DNA of 64,000 nucleotides from Octopus sinensis (taxonomy: Eukaryota): assembly GCF_006345805.1 (NCBI RefSeq), contig NC_043025.1, positions 5,394,001 to 5,458,000 on the forward strand, read 5' to 3'. Of the stretch, positions 25,791 to 37,639 are shown one piece after another. The position numbers and the translations under genes are program-made. The number at the start of each line of letters is the position of its first letter. The stretch's first letter is position 1. A model generated the notes under the pieces. It was not told the origin of the DNA. It saw only the letters and a program-made list of their open reading frames with translations, and did no database searches.

Positions 25791-26083
25791 CAGTACAGCA
25801 ATGTTGAATTTATTGGGTGTAGGTTACCTGAATATAAGATAATTGAATTGTGATAGATTGAGGTCGTCCATGACTAGAATTAACCATTTCGAGTTCCTTT
25901 CCTTCTTTCTTTCTTTCCTTCTTTCCTTCCTCTGATAAAACTAAACCTGAAAAAAAAGAAACAATAGAGTTTTGTTAAGGTAAAGTTCTCTGCCTCCTCA
26001 GCTTTGAAGTCTGGTTCAATGTGACTATTCTGTAAATTCGGTGTTTACGAAAATGTACCAGCACAAACTGTGTGATGGATAAA

Positions 26084-26463
26084 TCTATATATATAAAAGT
26101 GAGGTTGTGTGAGTGTCTGTCTCCTACGATTTAGATTCCTAACTACTCCCACATTTTGCGGTGCAGTTTAACCAAAACCGGGTATCTTATAGTCGTGATT
26201 CATATCGAGCCCTTCTGGATATTAGCGCGCATCTACGATGAGTCTACGATTTTAAAAAAAATTTACCATCATTTTTTTCCATTTTTTTGCTATTATATAA
26301 GGGAAGTACTCTCTAAAAAATGTTTACGATGAGTCAACAATTAAAAAAAAAATTTACCATCATTTTTTTCCATTTTTTTGCTATTTTTTGGCTATAACTC
26401 TCTAAAAATGCTTATATAGTTATTTCCCTTACAAACCCGAGCAACGCCAGGCGATACTGCTAG
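26084..26463 (+). mobile_element. Non-autonomous Helitron, family 1
   Basis: A|TCTATATATATAAAA start; CCCGAGCAACGCCAGG hairpin region then CTAG. Confidence 0.85.
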
Positions 26464-27440
26464 TCTATATATATAAAGCATGTTAGGACCAAAAATTATT
26501 TACATCAAACAGGTGTTTTTTATTTCTATGAAAATCCCTATTTTTTACAATTTATAAAACTGAAGTTGTCTGTGTATGGCAGGTTTGGTTAGCCTTCAAC
26601 TAACACTATCTCTTCCGAGACCCTGCAGCGCAAGTCGACCAAAATTGAGAGTATGATAGAAGAAGGCTTGCTCTTCATTCCGTAGAAGAAAAAATTCAAA
26701 TCGGACCATGTTAGGACCAAAAGTTATTTACATCAAACAGGTGTTTTTTTATTTCTATGAAAATCCCTATTTTTTACAATTTATAAAACTGAAGTTGTCT
26801 GTGTATGGCAGGTTTGGTTAGCCTTCAACTAACACTATCTCCTCTGAGACCCTGCGGCGCAAGTTGACCGAAATTGAGATTATGATAGAAGAAGGCTTGC
26901 TCTTCATTCTGTAGTAGATAAAATTCAAATCGGACCATGTTAGGACCAAAAATTATTTACATCAAAAAGGTGGGGTTTTTTTCTATGAAAATCCCTATTT
27001 TTTACAATTTATAAAACTGAAGTTGTCTGTGTATGGCAGGTTTGGTTAGCCTTCAACTAACACTATCTCCTCTGAGACCCTGCGGCGCAAATTGACCAAA
27101 ATTGAGAGTATGATAGAAGAAGGCTTGCTCTTCATTCCGTAGAAGAAAAAATTCAAATCAGACCATGTTAGGGCCAAAAGTGATTTACATCAAAAAAGTG
27201 CTTTTTTTCTATGAAAATCCCTACATTTTACGATTTTTTGTACTGCTGTGTCACCATTTTTCAGTGTATTTCAACCAGAAAAATGTTCACTGAAAGAGAA
27301 TAACAAGCTACATAATGCAAAATGTTTACTTTTCAAAAAAGATTGAAACTATTTCAAAACTTTGTTAACGCAACATCAAAGTCTGCCGTTTTAAGCGCAA
27401 CTAAAAAACAAACCCGAGCAACGCCGGGCTATACTGCTAG
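26464..27440 (+). mobile_element. Non-autonomous Helitron, family 2, with a 228-bp internal tandem (three units plus a partial)
   Basis: TC start directly after the previous CTAG; ends CCCGAGCAACGCCGGG...CTAG|T; CATGTTAGG at 26479, 26707, 26936, 27164. Confidence 0.85.
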
Positions 27441-27529
27441 TTGAAAGATAAATAGAGGCTAATCGCAGAATTCATGAGAATCTGGGTGCATCAACGAATA
27501 GGACGGCCACGACAGGCCGGGTGCCATAG

Positions 27530-28390
27530 CATTGACTTCACAGTGAGGCAAAACAACCAATGTGGTTTGGGTGTTGGACTCATGATTGTAAGATTGTGGT
27601 TTCAATTCCTGCACCAGGCAGTAACGTTTTGTCCTTGAGCAAGACACTTCTTTTCACGTTGGTCCAGTCCACTCGGCTGGCAAAAGTGAGCAATTGTGCG
27701 ACAGACCGGTGTCCCATCCGGGTGAAAAATATGCCATGGAAACCGGGAACCCATCGCTGTGAGTCTATATGACTTGCGAGTGAGGGCGCGTGGCTTAGTG
27801 GTTAGGGCATTCGGCTCATGATCGTAAGGTTGTGAGTTCGATTCCCGGCGACGCGTTGTGTCCTTGAGCAAGACACTTTATTTCACGTTGCTCCAGTCCA
27901 CTCAGCTGGCAAAAATGAGTTGTACTTGTATTTCAAAGGGTCAGCCTTGTCACTCTCTGTGTCACGCTGATTATCCCCGAGAACTACGTTAAGGGTACAC
28001 GTGTCTGTGGAATGCTCAGCCATTTGCACGTTAATTTCACGAGCAAGCTGTTCCGTTGATCGGATCAGCTGGGACCCTCGTCGTCGTAACCGGCGGAGTC
28101 TTTTTTTTAATATGACTTGCGAAGGAACTTTACTTTTTTGTGGTAATGCGTAGCTTAGTGGTTAAGGTGTTGGACTCATGAGTGTAAGATTGTGGTTTCA
28201 ATTCCTACATTGGGTGACGCGTTGTCTTTTTGAGCAAAACATTTCATTTCATGTTTGTCCAGTCCACTCAGCTGGCAGAAATAAATAATCCTGCGATGGA
28301 CCGGCGTCCCGTCCAGGTGGGGAGTACATATACACTATGGAAACCGGGTAACCGGCCCTTATGTGTCGGTATGTCTTGAGAAGGAAACTT
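27530..28390 (+). mobile_element. Cluster of three SINE-C copies with different tails
   Basis: tRNA-like heads (TGGCTTAGTGG / GAGTTCGATTCC) and GTGTCCTTGAGCAAGACACTT...GTCCACTCAGCTGG central domain. Confidence 0.8.
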
Positions 28391-28869
28391 TTTGTTTTCT
28401 TTTTAAAACAACTAATAGGTGGGGGTTTTTTTTTTTTGTTAGCATACCAAGAGATGCTGAAAGGTTCCTGGCCTTAAAGGTATCACAAAGAGCCTGGTTG
28501 GAGGCCAAACCTGAGTTCTCTTACAGGGGTTAGGAAAACAGAAGGACTGCTACAATAAGTGTGTAAATCTTAGAGGGGAATATTATCATCATTATCATCA
28601 TCATTTAGCATCCGCTTCCCATGCTGACATGGGTTGGACAGTTTGACAGAGGACTCGCAAGCCAGAGGTTGCACCAGGCTCCCATCTGATCTGGCAAGGT
28701 TTCTACAGCTGGATGCCCTTCCTAACGCCAACCACTCCAAGAGTGTAGCGGGTGCTTTATACATACCACCGGCATGAGGGCCAGTCAGGTGGTACTGGTA
28801 ACAACCACTTTACAGAGTGTACTGAGTGTTTTTGATGTGGCACCAACACCAGTGAGATTACCATATCAC

Positions 28870-29655
28870 GTAAGACAAGATCTGTTGATGAAATACAGGG
28901 TTACAGCATTAAGTGTACTTGTACATGTGGCGACATCCACCCTGGGTGGGTTGAGTCGGCTTCTTCCACCACCCTCGAGGCATCTGGAACCATGGCGGTG
29001 GAAGAAGTTTCGTGGGAATATGTGGATTTCACAAACAGTACCCAACAATCCCGCATGTAGAGACATCCTGTTTGCCGCAGACGCAGGGACAGAACGACTG
29101 AGGAGCCGCCAGTTGCCGAAGCAGACACTCCGATGATTTTCGCCAGAGCCCCGTCTGCCGGGTTGTGGCCCTAATACCACTCGGTGTCAAGCCAATCCGC
29201 CTTGGGTGGCCCTACCAGAAACCGAAGTTCCCGACGGCCGTGGGAATATGTGGATTTCACAAGCGGTTCCCAACAATCCCGCATGTGGAGACATCTTGTT
29301 TGCCGCAGATTGTCCGCAGACGCAGGGACAGAACGACCGAGGAGCCACCGGTTGCCGAAATAGACACTCCGACGATTTTCACCAGAGCCCTGTCTGCCGG
29401 GTTGTGGCCCTAATACCACTTGGTGTCAAGCCAATCCGCCTTGGGTGGCCTTACCAGGAACCGAAGTTCCCAACGGCATAGCTCTGACACTATCCGTTGC
29501 CAGCATCCCCACCACGATGAGGAGGGGATGGACTTTGGGGGCGCATTGAGGGTGTTGGATTTATGCCAGGCATGGAGAGGCTGAGACATGAGAGAGGGGC
29601 AGGTATAGATATCTTGATGTAACAGAGAAATACATGGCCACCCAACCTTAAAAAC
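28870..29655 (-). mobile_element. GC-rich structured element with ~230-240-bp direct duplication, possibly a LINE 5' region
   Basis: Repeat units from 29011 and 29239; GGAAC-TTCG-GTTCC and other hairpins on the minus strand; family not recognised. Confidence 0.4.
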
Positions 29656-29662
29656 CAAAAAT

Positions 29663-29913
29663 GTTTTTATTTACATTCGATCGATATTTGTCCTCATCTT
29701 GTTTGTTGTTAACACAACATTTCAGCTGGTGTACCCTCCAGCCTTCATCAGGTGTCTTGGGGAAATTTCGAACCTGAGTTCTCATTCCTACGGTATTTTT
29801 TGACAATGACGATGATGATGTCATTATTATTATTATTATTCAAGCCGCTGCCTGGAATCGAACTCGGAATCTTGGGGTTAGTAGTCCATGTACTTGACCA
29901 CTATGCCATATGC
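29663..29913 (-). mobile_element. Element F with tRNA-like head and near-intact hammerhead
   Basis: Minus strand GACAC CTGATGA A GGCTG..CAGCT GAAA TGTT GTGTT (29756 to 29711). Confidence 0.8.
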
Positions 29914-29955
29914 ACCTGATGAAGGCTGGAGGGTATATCAGCCGAAACGTTGTGT
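29912..29955 (+). ncRNA. Minimal type I hammerhead ribozyme, intact core, in a 5'-truncated inverted F copy (29912-30045)
   Basis: GCAC CTGATGA A GGCTG-gagggtatat-CAGCC GAAA C GTT^ GTGT; palindromic ACGT stem III. Confidence 0.75.
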
Positions 29956-30052
29956 TAAAAACAAACAAGATGAGGACAAATATCCATAAAATGTAAATAT
30001 TGTAAATAATGTACATAATTCCTCATCTCTTAAATATCGAACTGTAACAAAA

Positions 30053-30095
<43 letters not shown>

Positions 30096-30259
30096 CACAA
30101 CGGGCTTCTTCAAGTTTCCGTCTACCAAATCCACCAACAAGGCTTTGGTCGGCCCGAGGCTATAGTAGAAGACATTTGCCCAAGGTGCCACGCAGTGGGA
30201 CTGAACCCGGAACCATGTGGTTGGTAAGCAAGCTACTTACCACACAGCCACTTCTACCT

Positions 30260-30665
30260 CTTTACTCTTTTACTTGTTTCAGTCATTTGACTGTGGCCAT
30301 GCTGGAGTACCGCCTTTAGTCGAGCAAATCGACCCCAGGACTTATTCTTTGGAAGCCTAGTACTTTTTCTATTGGTCTCTTTTGCCAAACCTCTAGGTTA
30401 CGGGGACGTAAACACACCAGCATCGGTTGTCAAGCAATGCTAGAGGGGCAAACACAGACACACAAACATATACACACACACATATATATATACATACATA
30501 TACGACGGGCTTCTTTCAGTTTCCGTCTACCAAATCCACTCACAAGGCATTGGTCGACCCGGGGCTATAGCAGAACACACTTGCCCAAGGTGTCACGCAG
30601 TGGGACTGAACCCGGAGCCATGTGGTTGGTTAGCAAGCTACTTACCACACAGCCACTCCTGCGCC
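30260..30665 (-). mobile_element. SINE-A (a further 5' half lies at 30090-30250)
   Basis: Consensus match. Confidence 0.85.
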
Positions 30666-30969
30666 TATGTGTACCTCCGCATGGTACCTATTTGTCAGTT
30701 AGCCAACAGGTGATACATGTGTGCATCTTCACCCCTGCTCCCACACATATGCATAAACATAATCTGCGTGATTTTTCTGAGTGTCTGTGTGTCTTTGTCT
30801 GCAGCTGCTCAGATGCAGCCATTGAAAAACCGATAATCTGTGGATGCAACTACCTGTGTGTGTGATCGTCTGCTCATGTGTATGTGTGTAAACGTCTAGT
30901 CTGCGTGTATAACACTCATGCGTGTGTTACTTGTTTACAAGTTCGTCTGTGCATAACCTTTGTACATGT

Positions 30970-33900
30970 GTGTGTTACCTGTCTGCCAGTGTAGGTATAT
31001 GTTTGTGTTACCTGTCTGCCAGAGGCGAGTTGGCAGAATCGTTAGCACGTGGGCAAAATGCGTAGCTGTATTTCGTCTGCCTTTACGTTCTGAGTTCAAA
31101 TTCCGCCGAGGTCGACTTTGCTTTTCATCCTTTCGGGGTCGATAAATAAAGTACCAGTTTCGCACTGGGGTCGATGTAATCGACTTAATCCCTTTGTCTG
31201 TCCTTGTTTGTCCCCTCTATGTTTAGCCCCTTGTGGGTAGTAAAGAAATGTATATATAGGTGCCTATTTGGTATATGTTTTTGCCTCGATTGTGTGTATG
31301 TGTATGTTTCACCTGTCTTGTGCTTGTGTGTGTGTGTGTGTGTGTTACCAGTATACCTGTTTGTGTTAAATGTTTCCTTGTATGTGTTACCTGCTTACAT
31401 GTGTGTATATATGTGAGTCACCTGCCTGCCTTTGTGTGTATGTGTGTGTTAATTGCATATATGTCCATGATTGTGTATGTTACCTGCAGGAGTAGCTGTG
31501 TGGTATGTAGCTTGCTTACCAACCACATGGTTCCGGGTTCAGTCCCACTGCGTGGCACCTTGGGCAAGTGTCTTCTGCTATAGCCTCGGGCCAACCAAAG
31601 CCTTGTGAGTGGATTTGGGAGACGGAAACTGAAAGAAGCCTGTTGTATTATATATATATTTGTGTGTGTGGTGTGTTTGTTTGTCTGTGTTTGTCCCCCT
31701 AGCATTGCTTGACAACCGATGCTGGTGTGTTTATGTCCCCGTTACTTAGCGGTTCGGCAAAAGAGACAGATAGAATAAGTACTGGGCTTAAAAGAATAAG
31801 TCCCGGGGTCGAGTTGCTCGACTAAAAAGGCGGTGCTCCAGCATGGCCGCAGTCAAATGACTGAAAAGAGTAAAAGAGTATATGTATATGTTTTCCTGCC
31901 AACGTGTGTGTGCGTGTGTGTTTATTACCTGCTTATTTGTCTATGCGTGTGTGTGTTTGTGTGTGTGTGTGTTATCTGTTTACTAGTTCATTTCTGTATC
32001 ACCTTTATATATGCTTCCATATGTGTGTGTGTTTTCCTTGCTGACATGTCTGTATGCATGTGTCAGTGTCTGTTCTATGTATATATGTTTATCTGCTCGT
32101 GTGTGTGTGTGTGTGTTATTGTTATTTCTTTGCGGGGTTTATTTTTTCTTACCTTCATGCATCTCTCTAAATGTATATGTGTTTGTCTGTGTGTGTGTTA
32201 CCTGTATATATGCGTTTTTTCACATATATCTATGTTACCTGCATGTGTGTGTGTGTGTGTGTGTGTGTGTTGCCTGCTTACAAGTTTGTGTTTACTTTCA
32301 CGCATGCCTCTGTATATCTGTGTGTGTGTGTGTGTGTTATCGGCAAGGTGCCTTGTAAAAAAAACATTGGTATGGCTGTTGGTGCCACATAAAAAGCCCT
32401 GGTTATGGTGTCACACCAAATGCACTGGTGTTGCTGTCACATTCAAAAGCACTGGTGATGGTGTCACATGAAAAGCACTGGTGCTGGTGTCACACCAAAT
32501 GCACTGGTGCTGGTGTCACACCAAATGCACTGGTGTTTCTGTCACATCAAATGCACTGGTGACTGGTGTCACACCAAAAGCACTGGTGTTTCTGTCACAT
32601 CAAATGCACTGGTGACTGGTGTCACACCAAATGCACTGGTGTTTCTGTCACATCAAATGCACTGGTGACTGGTGTCACACCAAAAGCACTGGTGTTTCTG
32701 TCACACCAAAAGCACTGGTGACTGGTGATGGTGTCACATCAAAAGCACTGGTGACTGGTGCTGGTGTCACATCAAAAGCACTGGTGACTGGTGTCACACC
32801 AAATGCACTGGTGATGGTGTCACATCAGAAGTATTGGTGACTGGTGTTGCTGTCACATCAAAAGCACTGATGATAGTGCAATGAAAATTGCACTGGTGCT
32901 GTTGTCACATAAAAAAAGCATTAATAATGGTGCCACATGAAAACACTGGGGCTGGTGCCATGTAAAAAAAAAAAAAAAAAAAGCACCCAGTACACTCTGT
33001 AGAGTGGTTGACATTTGGAACCAAGCCGTGGAGCCTGGTGTGGCTCCAGACAGCTTGACTCTATGGAAAACAGACATTAAATGATGATGATGTTTGTGCC
33101 TCTACATGTTTCCTTCCTACATGTGTGTGTGTGTGCTACCAATGCACATGTGTGGGTGTGGGTTTTTCTTGCTTATGCATCTGTATGTGTAATATGCTAC
33201 CTGCTATGTGTGTGTTTATTCGTCTTCATATTTGTGTGTGTGTGTATGTGTGTTACCTTTTTTTCTTACCTGCATCTGTATGTGTGTGTATATACACATA
33301 ACTTCATATCTGTGTATCTGTATTTTTCTCTGTGTGTGTGCGTGTGTATGTTTATTTGTCTTCCTATCAGTATGTTTGTGTGTTTATCTACATTCTAATG
33401 AGCATGTGTGTGTATTACCTGCTTACATCTGTGTGTGTGTGTGTGTGTGTCTTTGTGTTTGTGTGTTTACCTGTATTCTTATAAATCTGTGTGTGTGTGT
33501 TTACTTGCCTTCATATCAATACGTTTGTGTGTTTACCTGTATTCTTATAAATGTGTGTGTGTGTGTGTTTACTTGCCTTCATACCTGTATGTTTGTGTGT
33601 TTACCTGTATTCTTATAAATGTGTGTGTGTGTGTGTCTGCATGTATGTGTTTACCTTCTTTAATACCTGTGTGTGTCTATGACTTGTATATGTATTTACC
33701 CGCCCACATATGTGGTGTATATTACCTGTCTTCATACCTGTGTGTCTGTGTATGTGGTGTATGTATCTACCTGTCTTCATACCTGCGTGTGTGTTACCTT
33801 CATATCTGCATTTGTTGTTTCCCTACCTTCATAATCTATATGCATATGTTTACCTGCCTTCATGTGTGTGTTCTGTCTGTGTCTTGTATAAGTATTTACC

Positions 33901-34100
33901 TGCCCACATATGTAATGTGTATATTACCTGCCTTCACACCTGTGTATGTATGTGTTACCTCATATCTGTGTTTGTTGCTTCTCAGCCTTCATAATCTATA
34001 TGCATATGTTTACCTGCTTTCAAGTTTGTGTGTATGTGTTACCTGTCTTATTTATGTCTGTATATTCAAGTTCATGTGTGTGTGTGTTTTCTTTACCTGT
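30970..34100. repeat. Degenerate (TG)-rich satellite punctuated by TTACCTG (CAGGTAA on minus strand), interrupted by SINE-B, SINE-A and repeat E derivatives
   Basis: About 18 exact TACCTG in 33190-34100 by manual count. Confidence 0.8.
32370..32960. repeat. ~20-27-bp tandem (GGTGTCACACCAAATGCACT)n derived from the repeat E module
   Basis: Grades into GGTGCCACATAAAAAGC and the E 3' part at 32960-33090. Confidence 0.8.
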
Positions 34101-34714
34101 CTTCATATCTCTGTATGTGTCTATGCCATCATGTCTGCGTATATACGTAGGATTTGTCTGCTCAGTCGCAGCCATTAAAATCAGAAGACAGTCAAATTCT
34201 TTGTGTGTGTGAGTGTGTGTGTGTCTGTGTGTCTTTCACCAACTGTAATAATATTCACAATAAACACTCTAGCACACCATCGACAGCCACTCCCCCCTCC
34301 CCCGACATCACCCCCACCCCCCCCCCTCCCGGCATCTCTTTCAAAACTGGTTACCATGACAGACTACCATATTCCCCCCACCCCACCCCCACCACGACCA
34401 CCACCACCACCACCACCTCCATCCTCTCCGATCTTAGCTGCTTTCTTAATTGCAACAAGCTCTCCGTTATATCTTTGCCTTTTTTTTTTGTTTCGTTTTT
34501 TTTTTTTTTTTAATTCTTAAATTTGCTGCTTTTTCTTCTTGTTGCAGTCTTCGTCATCGTTGTTTGTTTGTATTTTAGTTTTAATTAATGTTTGGTTTAA
34601 TAAATACATCTAATTAACTGATTGTTTTACTATTTGCTCAGGCTCAGTATTATTTCTCTTGTGTTGTTCGCTGTGGAAGATGCATGTCGTGTCTCCGCCG
34701 TTTAGGGGTCTCAT

Positions 34715-34924
34715 ACTCTTTTACTTGTTTCAGTCATTTGACTGTAACCATGCTGGAGCACCGCCTTTAGTCAAGCAAATCGACCCCGGGACTTATTCTT
34801 TGTAAGCCCAGTACTTATTCTATCGGTCTCTTTGGCCGAACCGCTAAGTGACGGGGACATAAACACACCAGCATCGGTTGTCAAGCAATGCTAGGGTGAC
34901 AAACACAGACACACAAACACACAG

Positions 34925-34987
<63 letters not shown>

Positions 34988-35700
34988 GATACGACAGGCT
35001 TCTTTCAGTTTCCGTCTACCAAATCCACTCGCAAGGCATTGGTCAGCCTGAGGCTATAGTAGAAGACACTTGCCCAAGATGCCACGCAATGGGACTGAAC
35101 ACGGAACCATGTGGTTGGTAAGCAAGCTACTTACCACACAGCCACTCCTGCGTCTATATATATCATATATACGACGGGCTTCTTTCAGTTTCCGTCTACC
35201 AAATCCACTCGCAAGGCATTGGTCAGCCTGAGGCTATAGTAGAAGACACTTGCCCAAGATGCCACGCAATGGGACTGAACACGGAACCATGTGGTTGGTA
35301 AGCAAGCTACTTACCACACAGCCACTCCTGCGTCTATATATATACATATATACGACGGGCTTCTTTCAGTTTCCGTCTACCAAATCCACTCGCAAGGCTT
35401 CGGTCGGCCCAAGGCTATAGCAGAAGACACTTGCCCAAGATGCCACGCAGTGGGACTGAACCCGGAACCATGTGGTTGGTAAGCAAGCTACTTACCACAC
35501 AGCCACTCCTGTGTCTATATATATACATATATACGACGGGCTTCTTTCAGTTTCCGTCTACCAAATCCACTCGCAAGGCTTTGGTCGGCCCGAGGCTATA
35601 GTAGAAGACACTTGCCCAAGATGCCACGCAGTGGGACTGAACCCGGAACCATGAGGTTGGTAAGCAAGCTACTTACCACACAGCCACTCCTGCGCCTATC
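34715..35700 (-). mobile_element. SINE-A with its 5' half repeated four times (~181-bp period)
   Basis: ACGAC(A/G)GGCTTCTTTC at 34991, 35171, 35352, 35533. Confidence 0.88.
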
Positions 35701-35849
35701 CATCTCCATTTTTTTTTTTATTTCCCTCCAATTGAAGAATAGTGCCAGATCCCATGAACCTCTTCAGTCCGTTTTGGATTACGATGGCAGAAACTGGGTA
35801 TTCTTGGTTGATATTTGTCTATTTGTGGTGCTCTATGTGTAAAATTGCA

Positions 35850-35887
<38 letters not shown>

Positions 35888-36460
35888 ATCGTCATCATCA
35901 TTGAGTGTCCAGTTTCCATGCTGGCATGGGTTAGACGGTTCGACTGGCATTGGTAAGCCGGATAGCTGCACCAGACTCCAGTATGATTTAGTTTGATTTC
36001 TATGGCTGGATAACCTTCTGATTTTTGGTGAGTGGATTTGGTAGGTGGAAACTAAAAGAAGCCCATCGTATTTCTCTTTTCTCTTTAACTTGTTTCAGTC
36101 ATTCGCTCCATGCTGGAGCACCGCCTTTAGTCGAGCAAATCGACCCCGAGACTTATTCTTTGTAAGCCCAGTACTTATTCTATCGGTCTCTTTTTGCCGA
36201 ACCGCTAAGTGACATGGACATAAACACACCAGCATCGGTTGTCAAGCAATGCTAGGGGGGACAAACACACACACACATACATATATATATACATATATAC
36301 GACAGGCTTCATTCAGTTTCCGTCTACCAGATCCACTCACAAGGCATTGGTCAGCCCGAGGCTATAGCAGAAGACACTTGCCCAAGATGCCACGCAGTGG
36401 GACTGAACCCGGAACCATGTGGTTGGTTAGCAAGCTACTTACTACACAGCCATTCCTGTG

Positions 36461-36574
<114 letters not shown>

Positions 36575-36782
36575 GTGTGTGTGTGTCTTTGTATCTGTGT
36601 TTTCGCCCTCACCACCACCTGATAACTGGTGCTAATGTGTTTACAGAGTGTAGTGGATACCTTTTGTGTGTCACCCTCACAAGTGCCTTTTAGGGTCACC
36701 TTCACAGGTGTCTTGTCACTGGCACTGACCAGATCTAGAATATCACCTGGCAAGTTTTCTCAAGGACAGCAAATCACCGAAG

Positions 36783-37052
36783 CAGTTCTATATTTAAGAG
36801 ATGTGGAATTATGTACATCATTTACATTATTTACATTTGACAGATATTTGTCCTCATCTTGTTTGTTGTTAACACAACATTTTAGCTGATATACCCTCCA
36901 GCCTTCATCAGGTGCCTTGAGGAATTTTCAAACCTGGGTTCTCATTCCTAAGCTATTTTTTAATGTTATTATTATTATTCAGGTCACTGCCTGGAATCGA
37001 ACTCGGAATCTTGAGGTTAGTAGCCCACGCTTTTAACCACTATGCCATATGC
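36783..37052 (-). mobile_element. Element F, full length; hammerhead GAAA mutated to AAAA
   Basis: tRNA-like head at 36975-37052, (TAA)n, body to GAACTG. Confidence 0.85.
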
Positions 37053-37173
37053 TATGAGCATGCCTAAGTATAGGATAAATGATAAAGACCCCCTTTCTAT
37101 ACATATCAACTCTTGTGTAACTTTTCTACCTTCTGCACACACACATAAGTACATACATATACATATATATATA

Positions 37174-37593
37174 CTAGCAGCATAGCCCGGCGTTGCCCGG
37201 GTATGTAAGAGCCCCTAGTAGGCAACGACTAATCCCAATCTAGTTCTTTCCCTCTAGGGAACGAAGGCGCATGTGTAGGTTGCAATGTCTTCTCTTCACT
37301 CGAATACTTCTATGTATACGATGTTCCTAGCTGTCTCCCGATTGCAAGTTGCGAAAACTACAACAGAAAATGTGTTGCATATAAAAAGCTTAGATTCTCG
37401 ACCCCATGTCGAATTTATCGATTTTTTTAAGAACCAGGGGAACTTTTCAAAATTTTCGCTGCATTAGTTTTGAATTATGACATTGGGCTATGTGTGTGTC
37501 AAGTTTCATCAGAATTGGTTGAAAGCCGTGGTCAGGGCGAGGGTACAACCTGACAGCCACACAGACAGACAAACTGCCGTTTATATATAGAGA
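37174..37593 (-). mobile_element. Non-autonomous Helitron (same family as 2496-2925)
   Basis: A|TC start at 37593, hairpin plus CTAG|T end at 37174. Confidence 0.85.
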
Positions 37594-37639
37594 TATGTGC
37601 ATGGTGCTTATTGCATGCCACCAGCACAGGAGCCATATA

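Noticed and set aside
24930-25853. Mucin-like Thr-rich ORF (307 aa)
   Set aside because: Starts inside a SINE-B and runs through an (ACC)n block; no signal peptide or other support
32370-32960. CRISPR-like array (also considered 4490-5040, 9475-9750, 38900-39330)
   Set aside because: No unique spacers, no cas genes, eukaryotic repeat context
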